The translations under genes were made by a program, and so were the position numbers. The notes beneath the pieces are model-generated. The model was given only the letters and a program-made list of their open reading frames with translations, was not told the origin of the DNA and made no database searches. Shown one piece after another: positions 50,557 through 60,040 of a DNA stretch of 64,000 nucleotides (position 1 is its first letter; every line of letters starts with the position of its first letter). Origin of the DNA: Gammaproteobacteria bacterium (GTDB taxonomy: Bacteria; Pseudomonadota; Gammaproteobacteria; Pseudomonadales; Azotimanducaceae); the NCBI GenBank assembly GCA_028824555.1, contig JAPPDJ010000033.1:25372-89371 (forward strand). The letters run 5' to 3'.

Positions 50557-51287
50557 AACGCGCCCTTTGGCTGGGCCTCGCCGGGGCACTCGCCCTCGTC
50601 GTCTTCCTCGTGCTCCGGGCGCCTGCGCTCCTCATCGAGCGGTTCCTTGGCGATGCCTTGCCCATCAGCCTTTCCCGCAGTGCCGGCACGGTCTGGAGCG
50701 GCAAGGCCGACATCAGTGTCGGTGGCCATGACCTCGGCCGAGCAAGCTGGAACTTCGACCCGGCGAGCCTCCTCGACGGAGCAATCGGCGCCCGCTGGCG
50801 AGTAGCGGCAGCGAACCATTCCCTACGCGGCACGGCACATGCCTCGCTTGCCGAAACCGATATCTCCGTGGACGGCCACATAGACGCCGATCTCGTCAAT
50901 CGCCTCCTATCCCACTATCACATTCGCCTACGCGGCACCTTCGAGCTAGACGGCATAGCGCTCACATTCGGCGAAGGGCCACACCCAACCGCCGCTTCCG
51001 GCACCCTCAGATGGGAAGGCGGCACCACCCGCTACCGCCTAGCCGGCGAGATCGAAGACGTCACTCTGCCACCGATGCAAGCCATCCTGTCCCTGAACGA
51101 AGACGGCCAACCGCAAGCCGAGACCTTCACCGCCAATGTCCGAGCCCCCCTAATCCGCGCCAGACTGGACCCCGACGGTTGGCTCCACATCGCCATCAGC
51201 CGCCGCTTCACCATGCTGGCCGGCCGACCTTGGCCGGGCACCGGCCCCACCGACGAAATGGTCGTGGAGGTGGCAGAGAAGCTTTGA
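50553..51287 (+). CDS. gspN: Type II secretion system protein N-like
   Basis: ATG overlaps the dapE stop (ATGA). N-terminal TM helix, then SAGTVWSGKA...LGRASWNFDPASLLDG, matching the GspN pattern as I recall it. gspC/gspD lie downstream. Confidence 0.6.
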   Translation: MKRALWLGLAGALALVVFLVLRAPALLIERFLGDALPISLSRSAGTVWSGKADISVGGHDLGRASWNFDPASLLDGAIGARWRVAAANHSLRGTAHASLAETDISVDGHIDADLVNRLLSHYHIRLRGTFELDGIALTFGEGPHPTAASGTLRWEGGTTRYRLAGEIEDVTLPPMQAILSLNEDGQPQAETFTANVRAPLIRARLDPDGWLHIAISRRFTMLAGRPWPGTGPTDEMVVEVAEKL

Positions 51288-51619
51288 CCGCCAGATCGCA
51301 GAGACGCCCAAGAGTGCATTGACAACAGGGAGCCGTTTTCTCTGCTCGTCGTGCTCGTAGGCGTGGGTGCTGACGAACACCGGCTTGGTCACGAATGACG
51401 CACCAAGACGACGGTTCCTATCTGTCCAATCATGCTGGGAGGCAAGCCTGCTTCTCCACCGTGAACAATACGGCGCTGCGGCGCCCGTCTCGCCACTCGA
51501 CCAGCGGCACGTCCAACTACCGCAGCGCTCGTCGAGGCGTTTCGCAGAGGCGCTGACATTCTTCGCGCCGAAGCGCGGGCGGCGCACGACGACTCGCATC
51601 GTGCCCGTGCGGTCTGACC

Positions 51620-52585
51620 TTAGATTCTGGTCAAGGCCCTACCAATCGCATCAAGGCACTCTCGCACCTCGGCGTCGTCGGGAAGGGAGTCGTCGTACAC
51701 CATGTCCCTGAAGCTACCCCGGAACTCTGACCGCACTTGGCTCCAGAGACCGTCTGCATCGGCCACGATGGTGGCCTTGCCGAGCGGCGGGGACAGCCAC
51801 ACGTGCGCGTCCGGAAGGGAGCGTCGGTCAGACTCCATTACGTTTACCATCAAGTCGGCGAATGCGTCGCTGGCTACGAATCTCCGGTAACGCTCAACGC
51901 GCATGATCATGACGACGTCGTAGAAATGGCGAACTCGGCGTCGGAACTCCTGGGCGGGATTCGCTTGGTAGCCGGTGCGCACTAGATTCATGATCTTCTC
52001 GCAGAGCGTACGCTCCACGCTCAGGGTGTTCACGCTGAACGGGTTGAGTTCGTGGAGCGGCACGAGGTCTGCCCGACCTGTCGCGGTCAGGAATTCGCGG
52101 ATGAGTGTCCCGATCTGCATCGGCGACGATGGCTCGGGACTCGCGAAGGAGTTGATTTCGAGCAGCAGAGCATCGGAGACTTGACCGAGTGCTGCGGCGT
52201 CGGTGTGCATCGGGAACGCGTGCGCTGTCTTTCGAAAGCGTCCGTGTTTGGACTCCCCGGGATGGCCAGGCAGATGCCGCAAGTCGCAGGTGATTTCTCG
52301 CTCAATCGACCTGATGCGGGCTCGGCGTTGCGAGTTGCTGAGTCCCTCCTCCCACTTCAGGGCAAGATCGATATCTTCGGAAAAGCGTTGGATGAGACGG
52401 TGCGCCTTAGATAGCGATGTCCCGCCCTTAAAGACCACAGCCTCACTGTAGTCCGATTCTTGGAGGCGCTTGAGTACGCGGGTGACCCAGTAGTCCTTCT
52501 CAACGTGGACGGCCGGAATCCCGATGTGGGCTGCCGTGGCCTGAATGAACTCCAAGTACGTCTCGCGCGATTCGTGCAATCTCAC
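51620..52585 (-). CDS. AbiEii/AbiGii-family nucleotidyltransferase toxin
   Basis: GTG 52585 overlaps the antitoxin stop (GTGA). VVFKGGTSLSKAHRLIQRFSEDIDL signature. Confidence 0.8.
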   Translation of the reverse strand: MRLHESRETYLEFIQATAAHIGIPAVHVEKDYWVTRVLKRLQESDYSEAVVFKGGTSLSKAHRLIQRFSEDIDLALKWEEGLSNSQRRARIRSIEREITCDLRHLPGHPGESKHGRFRKTAHAFPMHTDAAALGQVSDALLLEINSFASPEPSSPMQIGTLIREFLTATGRADLVPLHELNPFSVNTLSVERTLCEKIMNLVRTGYQANPAQEFRRRVRHFYDVVMIMRVERYRRFVASDAFADLMVNVMESDRRSLPDAHVWLSPPLGKATIVADADGLWSQVRSEFRGSFRDMVYDDSLPDDAEVRECLDAIGRALTRI

Positions 52586-53307
52586 CGGATGTTCCAGGCT
52601 CGGGATTCCGGCCACTCGTCGGAGTCGATGCTCAAATCGAAGCGCGTGGTGGGGTTGAGCGAAGCGTTGAGTTCTGGCAGCAGGTCTTTCCGGCAACGCG
52701 TCAGCAGCATTCCGAGCAGTGCTCTTGTGCTCGGGCTGTAGTAATCGAGCGCCAGACGTTGCAGTCTCTTCAACTCGGTTGGTGCGAGGTCCGCCAAGCG
52801 CCTTCTCATCGCTTCGATGACGCGTTCGACGTTCGCATCCGGCACCTTCCGTGCGTCGCGTAAGACATCGAGGATCTCGAGCAACGGCACTGTCGAATCC
52901 GAAATCGGCGCCCGCCTCGACAGCAACCTCATGCGCATCGTCCCGAGATCCTTGATCTGGGTGGCGCGGTTCACGGCGACCGCCACGGTCCTAGGCATCT
53001 GGGTTGTGAGCCCGAGGCGATTGTAGAGCGCGGGGCCAGTGACGTACCCAGTCCGCCGGCCGTTGCGGTACAACACGTCGCGCAGGCGCTCCTCGTCGCT
53101 GACGGGAAGGTCGCCAAGCACACCTCTCCGGGGCTTGTAGAACCGTCCTTTCCCTACACGCGCCAATCGCCGGCTTGCGACGCCTCGGTTGACGGCACGT
53201 ACCACCGCGCCGGGCGCTTCCCGGTATTGCGGGAAGACCTCGTAGCCGAAAATGCGCCCGGCTGGAGTCCGGTCGATGGTCTGGTTGACTAAGGCTGCGA
53301 TGCTCAT
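52582..53307 (-). CDS. AbiEi-family (type IV TA) antitoxin/transcriptional regulator-like protein
   Basis: 241 aa immediately upstream of, and overlapping, the AbiEii gene. N-terminal wHTH-like region. GAGGA RBS at 53313-53317. Confidence 0.65.
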   Translation of the reverse strand: MSIAALVNQTIDRTPAGRIFGYEVFPQYREAPGAVVRAVNRGVASRRLARVGKGRFYKPRRGVLGDLPVSDEERLRDVLYRNGRRTGYVTGPALYNRLGLTTQMPRTVAVAVNRATQIKDLGTMRMRLLSRRAPISDSTVPLLEILDVLRDARKVPDANVERVIEAMRRRLADLAPTELKRLQRLALDYYSPSTRALLGMLLTRCRKDLLPELNASLNPTTRFDLSIDSDEWPESRAWNIR

Positions 53308-53328
53308 GGATGTCCTCGTTTGCGACGG

Positions 53329-53357
53329 ACCCTAGTCCCGCCGCATCCATTGGTCAA
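53329..53357 (-). promoter_or_regulatory. Putative sigma70 promoter of the abiEi-abiEii operon
   Basis: On the minus strand: TTGACC (53357-53352), 17-nt spacer, TAGGGT (53334-53329). It is adjacent to an unusually AT-rich patch (53355-53388). Confidence 0.35.
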
Positions 53358-53499
53358 GTTTTTACAACGATAAACATGACAAAAAAGGCCGCAGGCTGAG
53401 TGATGCGCCCGCGTAGCAGGCGATGGAGCCGGTGTACGCCTTCCCGCACGCTGACAAATGCTGTATCGGCCGAGGGTCAACGAACGCGTCGCCAAAGCG

Positions 53500-53589
53500 C
53501 TGGCAGGCCAACCGTGGTCAGGCACCGGGGACGCGAACGAAATGGTCGTGGAGGTGTCAGAGAGCTTGCGAACGACGTCCCCAGACTGA
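53500..53589 (+). pseudogene. Displaced remnant of the gspN 3' end
   Basis: Translates to LAGQPWSGTGDANEMVVEVSESLRTTSPD*. The intact GspN C-terminus is LAGRPWPGTGPTDEMVVEVAEKL*. Confidence 0.55.
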
Positions 53590-53683
53590 CGTCGTGCGTT
53601 GGCAACGACCAGGTGCCAACGAGCACACGGCTATACTCGTCTTGACACCGCCAAAACCCCACTTTTGGGAGGACAAAAGGCCC

Positions 53684-56600
53684 ATGCGCAAGGTCACCGC
53701 CACTGTAGTCGGGCTCGCACTCGCAGCGGCGTTCGTGACGCTCTTTCTCCGTTCGGAAACTCCCGAGGAGTCACCTGGCACACGCACCGATTTGCCGCAC
53801 GCGGAAGCACCTCCCGGGGCAACCGGCGGCCCTCCGACCCAAGCCGTGCCAGCGGTGGCTGCCGAGACGCCCGTGCCCCCAAAGGGCTATGCATACGCAG
53901 GCCACAGTGGCGAAATGCGCGTTGCCCCGCTTGCAGAGAGGGCTGCAGTCGCGCCGGAGGTCCGGGCGGAATGGCTTGAGCCTACGGCCGGCACGGGGGT
54001 GCTTGCGGCGCAAGCGGAAGCTGCTGGGCGTGACTGGACCTTCGCCTGGCTGCAACGTGGTTCCTCCGGGCCCGGTGACGACCTCAGCGAGCGGCTCCAT
54101 GAGGCGGGGGCGCAAGTGCTCGGCAATGTCGGTGCCTATGTTCGGTTGCGGGTTCCTGCGGATGCAGAGAGCCTCAATGCCATAGCGTCACTGCCCGATG
54201 TAATCGGCCTCGGCGCACCGCCGCCGGAGGCAAAGGTGGACGCGCAGTTCCTCACGCACGCCGCCGGGCGCCCGGCGAGCGAGCGTGTCGATGTGAGCAT
54301 CACGTTGATGCCCGACGACGAGGATGGACGTTGGCGGCGGGAGCTTACAGGGCTCGGCGTTGCTGTCCGGCGGTGGGACGCAACGTTGCGCACGGTGGCG
54401 GCGAGTGTGCCATTCGCGGCGCTTGAGGCGGTGGCAAGCCGGGACTTTGTCCTCGCCATCGAACCGGTGGCCACCATCCGCGCCGGGCATGCCAGCGCTG
54501 TCCCGGTCATGGGCGCCGATGCATTGCGCCGCTACAACCCGGGCACCGGGCGGTTCACTGGCACCACGGGCGCTCGCATTCCCATTGGCGTCATGGACAG
54601 CGGCCTGAACGTGCGCCACCGCGACATTGGCGAGGGCCGGGCCAGCATCTGCGGCGCGAGTTTCGCCCAGCCGCTGTTCGGCGCCGGCGGGCGCGAGGAC
54701 TTCGATCTTTGGCTGGACCTCGGCCTGCACGGCACCCACGTCACCGGCACCATGGCCGGCAGCGGCTTCAACGATCCGTTGCACGCCGGAATTGCGCCAG
54801 GGTTGCGCCACATCCGGTTCGCCAAGGTGCTTTCGCAACGCGGCTTCGGCACCGACGAAGGCGTGCGGCAGGCGATGGATTTCCTGGCCACGCGGTCGTC
54901 GTGCGAGCAGGCCGGAGTGGTTTCGCCTTCTGCACGGGCGCTGATCGTCAACATGAGCCTTGGCGAGACCTCGTTGCAGCACACCGGACGCGGGGTAGGC
55001 GAACGCAAGCTAGACTCCACCGTTTGGACCCATCGCCAGCTCTACGTCGTGGCGCAGGCCAACGCCAACATCTTTGGCTTCTCCAACTACGCCGCAGCCA
55101 AGAACTCCCTTGCTGTGGGTGCCACGTTCGACACCGGCACGATCGCTCCGTTCAGCAGCCACGGCCCCACCGCCGACGGGCGTCTAGCACCCAACGTCGT
55201 CGGAACCGGCGTCGGTGTCAGTTCTGCACTGGGCGGCGGTCGCACGGACGGCTACATCGACCTCAGCGGCACCAGCATGGCCTCGCCGGCAGTGGCCGGC
55301 GTCGCCGCCCTGCTGCTCGACTCGGCACCGGCTTTCCGGCGGCAGCCGGCGCTGGCCAGAGCCCGACTCATGGCGAGCGCGATCAAGCCGGACGCATTCC
55401 TTGCCGCGCCCGAAGCCTTTGCGGCGGACAACAGCGAGGGACCTGGGCCGCTGCAGCACATCTATGGACTCGGCCTCGTCTCCGCAGCCGCCACAGTGCT
55501 GCAGCACGATGCCGAGGACGGCTGGACCACCGGCAGCGCCGTGAGCACTTTCGAGGGCCAGGCGGGCTACGCCTATCAGGACATCGACGTGCCGGAGGGC
55601 ACCAGCCGCCTCGACGTGGTGCTGACATGGGACGAGCAACCAGCCGACACCATCACCGAAGCCGTGCTGAGCGATCTCGACCTCTGGCTGGACGCAGGCG
55701 CCGACTGCGGTGAGGGTGCCTGCGGCGAACGCGCATCGCGCTCACGCATCGACAACGTGGAGTGGCTGCTCGTGCGCGATCCGGCGCCGGGCCGCCACCG
55801 CATCAAGATCGTGCCGGAGCGCATCTACGGCCAAGCCCCCCGCGCCGCGGTCGCCTGGACCGCCATCCGGGGCGCCTCAACCCCAACCCTCAGCGTCGAG
55901 GCCAGCACCCCCCGCAGTCGCCCCGACGGCAATGTCGAAGTGGACTTGGCAGTTACCAGCACGGGTTACATCGCCGCCGGCACCATCCTTCGACTCGGCT
56001 GCCGCGCTCTCGCAGAGGATTCTGACGTGTGCGAGCGCTTTGTCGATGCCTGGCCGCCGGGGGGGAACATCGTGCGTGGCGACCTCTCCCGCCCGATCGA
56101 GGCGCGACCCATGCACCACGGCCTGGCGCTCGGCGAAATCACCGCTGGCGAGCGGCAAACCGTCACGCTGCGCCTGCCGGCCACCACCGACCCCCATCGG
56201 TTGCACTTCACGGCCGGCGGCTGGAACGCCATTGCCGGGCACGCAAGTGTGGAGTTCGGCGCCCCGGAGGACGCCGCACCGGCGGCGGCGCTTCCCGCCA
56301 ACGATACGTTTGCGGGTGCCACGCCGTTGACGCAAGAGTCCGGCGAACGCAGCGTCGACCTGCTGGCGGCTTCCAGAGAACCGGCGGAGCCCGACTCTCG
56401 GAGCGCCACACGCAGCGTGTGGTTTGCGTGGCGGGCACCAGCGCCCGGCCTGCACGTCTTCGGCGTCAGCGGTGCCGACGACGAGGACAGCGGGCAAGTC
56501 CGCATAGACATCTACCGCAATGGCGCGTTGGCGGCACTCGAACACGTCGCCGGTCGGGAACGATCCCTCACCTTCCAGGCCGAGGGCGGCACCGACTATC

Positions 56601-59134
56601 GCCTGCGCATCTCCACCGAGGCATACGACGTGATGCCGCAGACGCTGCGCTGGGGGCCGCGACAACGGCCCGCGAACGACGACTTCGCGGACAGCCAGCG
56701 AATCGCCGGCACCAGTGGAAGCATCGCCGGCGACAACCGAGGCGCAACCCTCGAACCCCACGAGTTCTTCGGCAGCCACTCCACCACCGCCTGGTATCGC
56801 TGGCGGGCACCCGGTGACGGCCATTTCGCCTTCTCGGTGGACGAACCCCTGCGTGTGTTTGCCTTCACGGGAAGGAACATCCGCGCACTGCGTCGGGTTT
56901 CGCATTACGCCGCCAGTGCATTCGGTCGCGGCAATGACTCGACCCCGGGGCTCATCGGCATCGTCGCCAGTGAAGGGGGCGATGCGATCTTTCCCGCTGC
57001 GGCCGGAGAGACCTACCGCATCGCCGTCGTGGCACGCGGCGCGGAATCCTCAGGCAGCCCCTATTCGCTGACCTGGGCCCCAGCCACCGAAGGGCAACTC
57101 GCCACCCTCGCCGACAACGACACCTTCGCCGGGGCGGCGTCCCTCGATGGCGAAGAGGGCGACGCCGTGGCCACCAGCGGCGGTCGCACCGTAGAACCGA
57201 ACGAGCCGAGCGAGTCCGGCACCGGCACGGTCTGGTGGCAGTGGAAGGCACCGGGCGACGGCCCCTTCACCTGGCGCCTTGGCGGCGTCGGCGCCAACGC
57301 CATGTCGCTGGCCTTCTTCACCGGTGACTCGCTCGACGATCTGGAAGTCATCGCCAGCGGTTCGGAAGTGGTGCTCGATGCCGCGCCCGGCCAGCAACTC
57401 TGGATCGCGGCCGGCCAACGTGCCGACTCGATGTTCTCGGATGCCGGCGACGCGGCGATCGACTGGGGGCCAACTCCGGCCAACGATCGCCCTGCGGCCG
57501 CCTTTGCCCTCGCAGTTGGCCGCGCCATGGCGTCGAGCCGCCACGCCACCAGTTCCGCAGACGAGCCTGCCACTGTGGCCGGTGATGCTTCGCTGTGGTG
57601 GAAGTGGACCGCCATCGAGGACGGCTGGCAGCGGTTTGCGCTCACAGGTCACGACCCATCCCACATCGTTGCGGTCTATGGCCGCGATGCGACCGGCGCC
57701 CTCGAACTGATCGCCACCAGCGACCGTTCGTTCCTGCTTTCGGGACGAGCCGAAGCGCGGGTTCTCGCGAGCGCAGGGCAAGAGCTTTGGGTTCAAGTGG
57801 CGGTGCGCAGCGGCTCCGAACGGGGCGACTTCGAACTCGCCACCGGGCCGAGCACGGCACCGGCATGGCTGCGCATCGCCAGCGCCCTCAGCGATGGCGA
57901 CATGCGCCCCGACGGCAGCTACACGGAGCTGCGCAATCTCGGCGACATCGCCATCAACGACTCCGGTGCTCGCCTCTTCGTCAACACCAAGGACTCGCTC
58001 AGGCTCTTCGACCGCGACGCAGCCACGGGGGGCATCACGGCGGCTGGAGAGGTGGCGCATCCGGCGGCCGATGAAGAGGCGGACAATGGCGATGTGGCGA
58101 TGGAGGAGTCCGAGACCGTGGTGCCGTTCGAGGACGACCGCCTGCTGCATTGGGGGGCCGCGCACCAGACCCTCTATGCCTTTGGCGTGGGAGGGGCTGC
58201 GCTCGCCTACCGCGAAACGGATGGCGATGCGACCGATGTCGAAGTCTGCGAGTTAGCGCTCGGCGAGGATTTCCCGCTCTCGGGCGACACCACGCCAAAG
58301 CGAGCCCTCACGGACCCGTCCGGCAGCTTTATGTACCTCTTTGGCAACGCGCCACTCACCAACGAGGGCGCCCTGGCCGTGCTCGCCATCGATGAGCCAT
58401 GCAGCCTATCGCTGGTGCAGGGGATGGCGGCAGCGGCCGCGGACGACGACAACGTCAGTTCCCACCGCGAGTTGATGGGGCTCCGCGACGCGACGCTTTC
58501 CGCCGACGGATCACACATCTATGCCCTCACCGACCAGGCCTTGGTCACCTTCAGCCGCGACCCCGAAACCGGCGAACTCGCCATCGTCTCGAACATCGAC
58601 CTGAACGAACTCACCGGGTCCGACGCGGACCCCTTCTTCAGCTTCCTGAGCATGACTTCGGTGACTTTGGACGCGAGCGGCGACTATCTCTTCGCCATCG
58701 GCGACGGCTTGCCGCTCGTGCTGGTGTTCGACGTGGTGAAGGAGCCGGCCACGCCGGCCCTCATCGCCTCAACCGCATCGGACGCGGAAGACCCCTTCGA
58801 GCGACTGTTCCCGATGCCGTCGCACATATATCGGCCGTTTTTCCTGTTCGAGTGCAGCGCCATCGGCCATCACCGCACCATTACCGCCGTCGATGCCGCG
58901 TGCTTCGATGGAATGTTCGTGGCAAGGTGGGATACGGACACGGAACAGCTGTTGCTAAGCGATTACTTCGGCTTCCTGCAGCCGGATCGCTTCGGCACCG
59001 AGCTTCCCTCGGGAGGACTGCCGCGCGGGGTGCAAAGTGCCGACGGTAGCCACATCTATGTCATCCAGCGAGGCGAGATTGGCTCCCTCATCACCTTGGA
59101 ACGAGCCGAGAACATGACCGATGCCCCGGATTAG
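53684..59134 (+). CDS. Giant secreted subtilisin-like (S8) serine protease with four repeated beta-sandwich-like modules and a C-terminal lactonase-type beta-propeller-like region (1816 aa)
   Basis: ATG 53684 after GGGAGGA, with a signal/anchor MRKVTATVVGLALAAAFVTLF. Triad motifs: VMDSGL (D305), HGTHVTG (H349), GTSMASPAVAG (S531). Four NDxFA...W[FYW]xW[RKT]A modules span about 56297-57850. SADGSHIY-type blades span about 57850-59100. Confidence 0.85.
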   Translation: MRKVTATVVGLALAAAFVTLFLRSETPEESPGTRTDLPHAEAPPGATGGPPTQAVPAVAAETPVPPKGYAYAGHSGEMRVAPLAERAAVAPEVRAEWLEPTAGTGVLAAQAEAAGRDWTFAWLQRGSSGPGDDLSERLHEAGAQVLGNVGAYVRLRVPADAESLNAIASLPDVIGLGAPPPEAKVDAQFLTHAAGRPASERVDVSITLMPDDEDGRWRRELTGLGVAVRRWDATLRTVAASVPFAALEAVASRDFVLAIEPVATIRAGHASAVPVMGADALRRYNPGTGRFTGTTGARIPIGVMDSGLNVRHRDIGEGRASICGASFAQPLFGAGGREDFDLWLDLGLHGTHVTGTMAGSGFNDPLHAGIAPGLRHIRFAKVLSQRGFGTDEGVRQAMDFLATRSSCEQAGVVSPSARALIVNMSLGETSLQHTGRGVGERKLDSTVWTHRQLYVVAQANANIFGFSNYAAAKNSLAVGATFDTGTIAPFSSHGPTADGRLAPNVVGTGVGVSSALGGGRTDGYIDLSGTSMASPAVAGVAALLLDSAPAFRRQPALARARLMASAIKPDAFLAAPEAFAADNSEGPGPLQHIYGLGLVSAAATVLQHDAEDGWTTGSAVSTFEGQAGYAYQDIDVPEGTSRLDVVLTWDEQPADTITEAVLSDLDLWLDAGADCGEGACGERASRSRIDNVEWLLVRDPAPGRHRIKIVPERIYGQAPRAAVAWTAIRGASTPTLSVEASTPRSRPDGNVEVDLAVTSTGYIAAGTILRLGCRALAEDSDVCERFVDAWPPGGNIVRGDLSRPIEARPMHHGLALGEITAGERQTVTLRLPATTDPHRLHFTAGGWNAIAGHASVEFGAPEDAAPAAALPANDTFAGATPLTQESGERSVDLLAASREPAEPDSRSATRSVWFAWRAPAPGLHVFGVSGADDEDSGQVRIDIYRNGALAALEHVAGRERSLTFQAEGGTDYRLRISTEAYDVMPQTLRWGPRQRPANDDFADSQRIAGTSGSIAGDNRGATLEPHEFFGSHSTTAWYRWRAPGDGHFAFSVDEPLRVFAFTGRNIRALRRVSHYAASAFGRGNDSTPGLIGIVASEGGDAIFPAAAGETYRIAVVARGAESSGSPYSLTWAPATEGQLATLADNDTFAGAASLDGEEGDAVATSGGRTVEPNEPSESGTGTVWWQWKAPGDGPFTWRLGGVGANAMSLAFFTGDSLDDLEVIASGSEVVLDAAPGQQLWIAAGQRADSMFSDAGDAAIDWGPTPANDRPAAAFALAVGRAMASSRHATSSADEPATVAGDASLWWKWTAIEDGWQRFALTGHDPSHIVAVYGRDATGALELIATSDRSFLLSGRAEARVLASAGQELWVQVAVRSGSERGDFELATGPSTAPAWLRIASALSDGDMRPDGSYTELRNLGDIAINDSGARLFVNTKDSLRLFDRDAATGGITAAGEVAHPAADEEADNGDVAMEESETVVPFEDDRLLHWGAAHQTLYAFGVGGAALAYRETDGDATDVEVCELALGEDFPLSGDTTPKRALTDPSGSFMYLFGNAPLTNEGALAVLAIDEPCSLSLVQGMAAAAADDDNVSSHRELMGLRDATLSADGSHIYALTDQALVTFSRDPETGELAIVSNIDLNELTGSDADPFFSFLSMTSVTLDASGDYLFAIGDGLPLVLVFDVVKEPATPALIASTASDAEDPFERLFPMPSHIYRPFFLFECSAIGHHRTITAVDAACFDGMFVARWDTDTEQLLLSDYFGFLQPDRFGTELPSGGLPRGVQSADGSHIYVIQRGEIGSLITLERAENMTDAPD

Positions 59135-60020
59135 TGCATTGCAGGGGAGCCCAGCGGCGCTCGCTTCCGCAGTGCGCATTGGCGCACAGGTGCTCGTCGT
59201 GGTCGCCATCGCCTGGGTGGTGGCCGACACGGCGACGTTCTTGCTGGCGGGGCCGGCGGACCTGCCCGTGTCCGCGCTCGAACCCGGCGCTGGCCCCCAG
59301 CAAGAGCAGTATCCGGCCTCCGAGATCGCCTCTTGGGAGCTCTTCGGCAGTGCGGACGCCAACCCTGGCGACGCTGCCTCCACCGACGCCACTGAAGGCC
59401 TGGCCACCACCGCCCTTTCGCTCGTGCTCGTGGGGGTCTTCGCCGCCGACGAGACGCAGGCGTCGGCGGCATTGATCGCGCAGCCAAATCGCAAGGCGAA
59501 GCGCTACCGCATCGGCGACCGCGTGCCGGGGCGCGCAACGTTGGAAGCCGTGTATCGCGATCGGGTGGTAATCCGCCGTGGCGGCGTTCGCGAACTGATC
59601 CGCTTTCCCGAACCGAAAGAACGCTTCGCGGAGGCGTCGCCGAGCGCCGACGACAGGGCAGCGCCGGACACGCCAGCCGCCACTCCCGCCGTCGAGCGTT
59701 CCTCGGCGGCTCCGTCGCCGCCGCCGTCACCGCGTCCGCCGATGCCGGAAGGGGACCCCGCCAGCATCCTCTACGATGCCGGGCTGACGCCGGTGAACCC
59801 CGGCGCCGCCGAAGGCTACGCACTTGGCGAGCTCGCTGCCAACCCGGTGCTGCGGCAAGCTGGCCTGCGTCCGGGCGACCGCATCCTCTCGGTGAACGGA
59901 CGTGCCGTCGGCAATGTCGAACTCGATCAGGCGGAATTCGCCAGCGTCGTGGCCGCCGGGACGGCTCGGATCGAAGTCCAGCGAGGTGGGCGCCGGTGGT
60001 TCGTCACGGTGTCGATGTAG
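59121..60020 (+). CDS. gspC: Type II secretion system protein C
   Basis: ATG 59121 lies 14 nt inside the protease ORF. TM helix, HR-like region (RYRIGDRVPGRATLEAVYRDRVVIRRGG), Pro/Ala linker, C-terminal PDZ (GLRPGDRILSVNGRAV). Confidence 0.75.
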   Translation: MPRISALQGSPAALASAVRIGAQVLVVVAIAWVVADTATFLLAGPADLPVSALEPGAGPQQEQYPASEIASWELFGSADANPGDAASTDATEGLATTALSLVLVGVFAADETQASAALIAQPNRKAKRYRIGDRVPGRATLEAVYRDRVVIRRGGVRELIRFPEPKERFAEASPSADDRAAPDTPAATPAVERSSAAPSPPPSPRPPMPEGDPASILYDAGLTPVNPGAAEGYALGELAANPVLRQAGLRPGDRILSVNGRAVGNVELDQAEFASVVAAGTARIEVQRGGRRWFVTVSM

Positions 60021-60040
60021 TCGGCGAACGGCCGTCCAAG

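Larger units (their letters stand above)
51216..53589. mobile_element. Inserted AbiE toxin-antitoxin islet bounded by diverged direct repeats of the gspN 3' end
   Basis: 51216-51287 and 53500-53568 align at 53/69 nt by hand. They share an exact 20-nt core ACGAAATGGTCGTGGAGGTG (51253-51272 and 53537-53556). The interior has lower GC, opposite-strand genes and an AT-rich promoter patch. No integrase is visible. Confidence 0.5.

Noticed and set aside
51288-53499. Integrase, transposase or IS ends inside the AbiE islet
   Set aside because: No ORF with recombinase motifs and no terminal inverted repeats could be seen. The mobile-element call therefore rests only on the flanking duplication and composition.
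56297-57850. DNA-level tandem repeat in the protease gene
   Set aside because: The four modules share only short protein motifs. The nucleotide sequences are divergent, so this is domain repetition rather than a recent repeat expansion.
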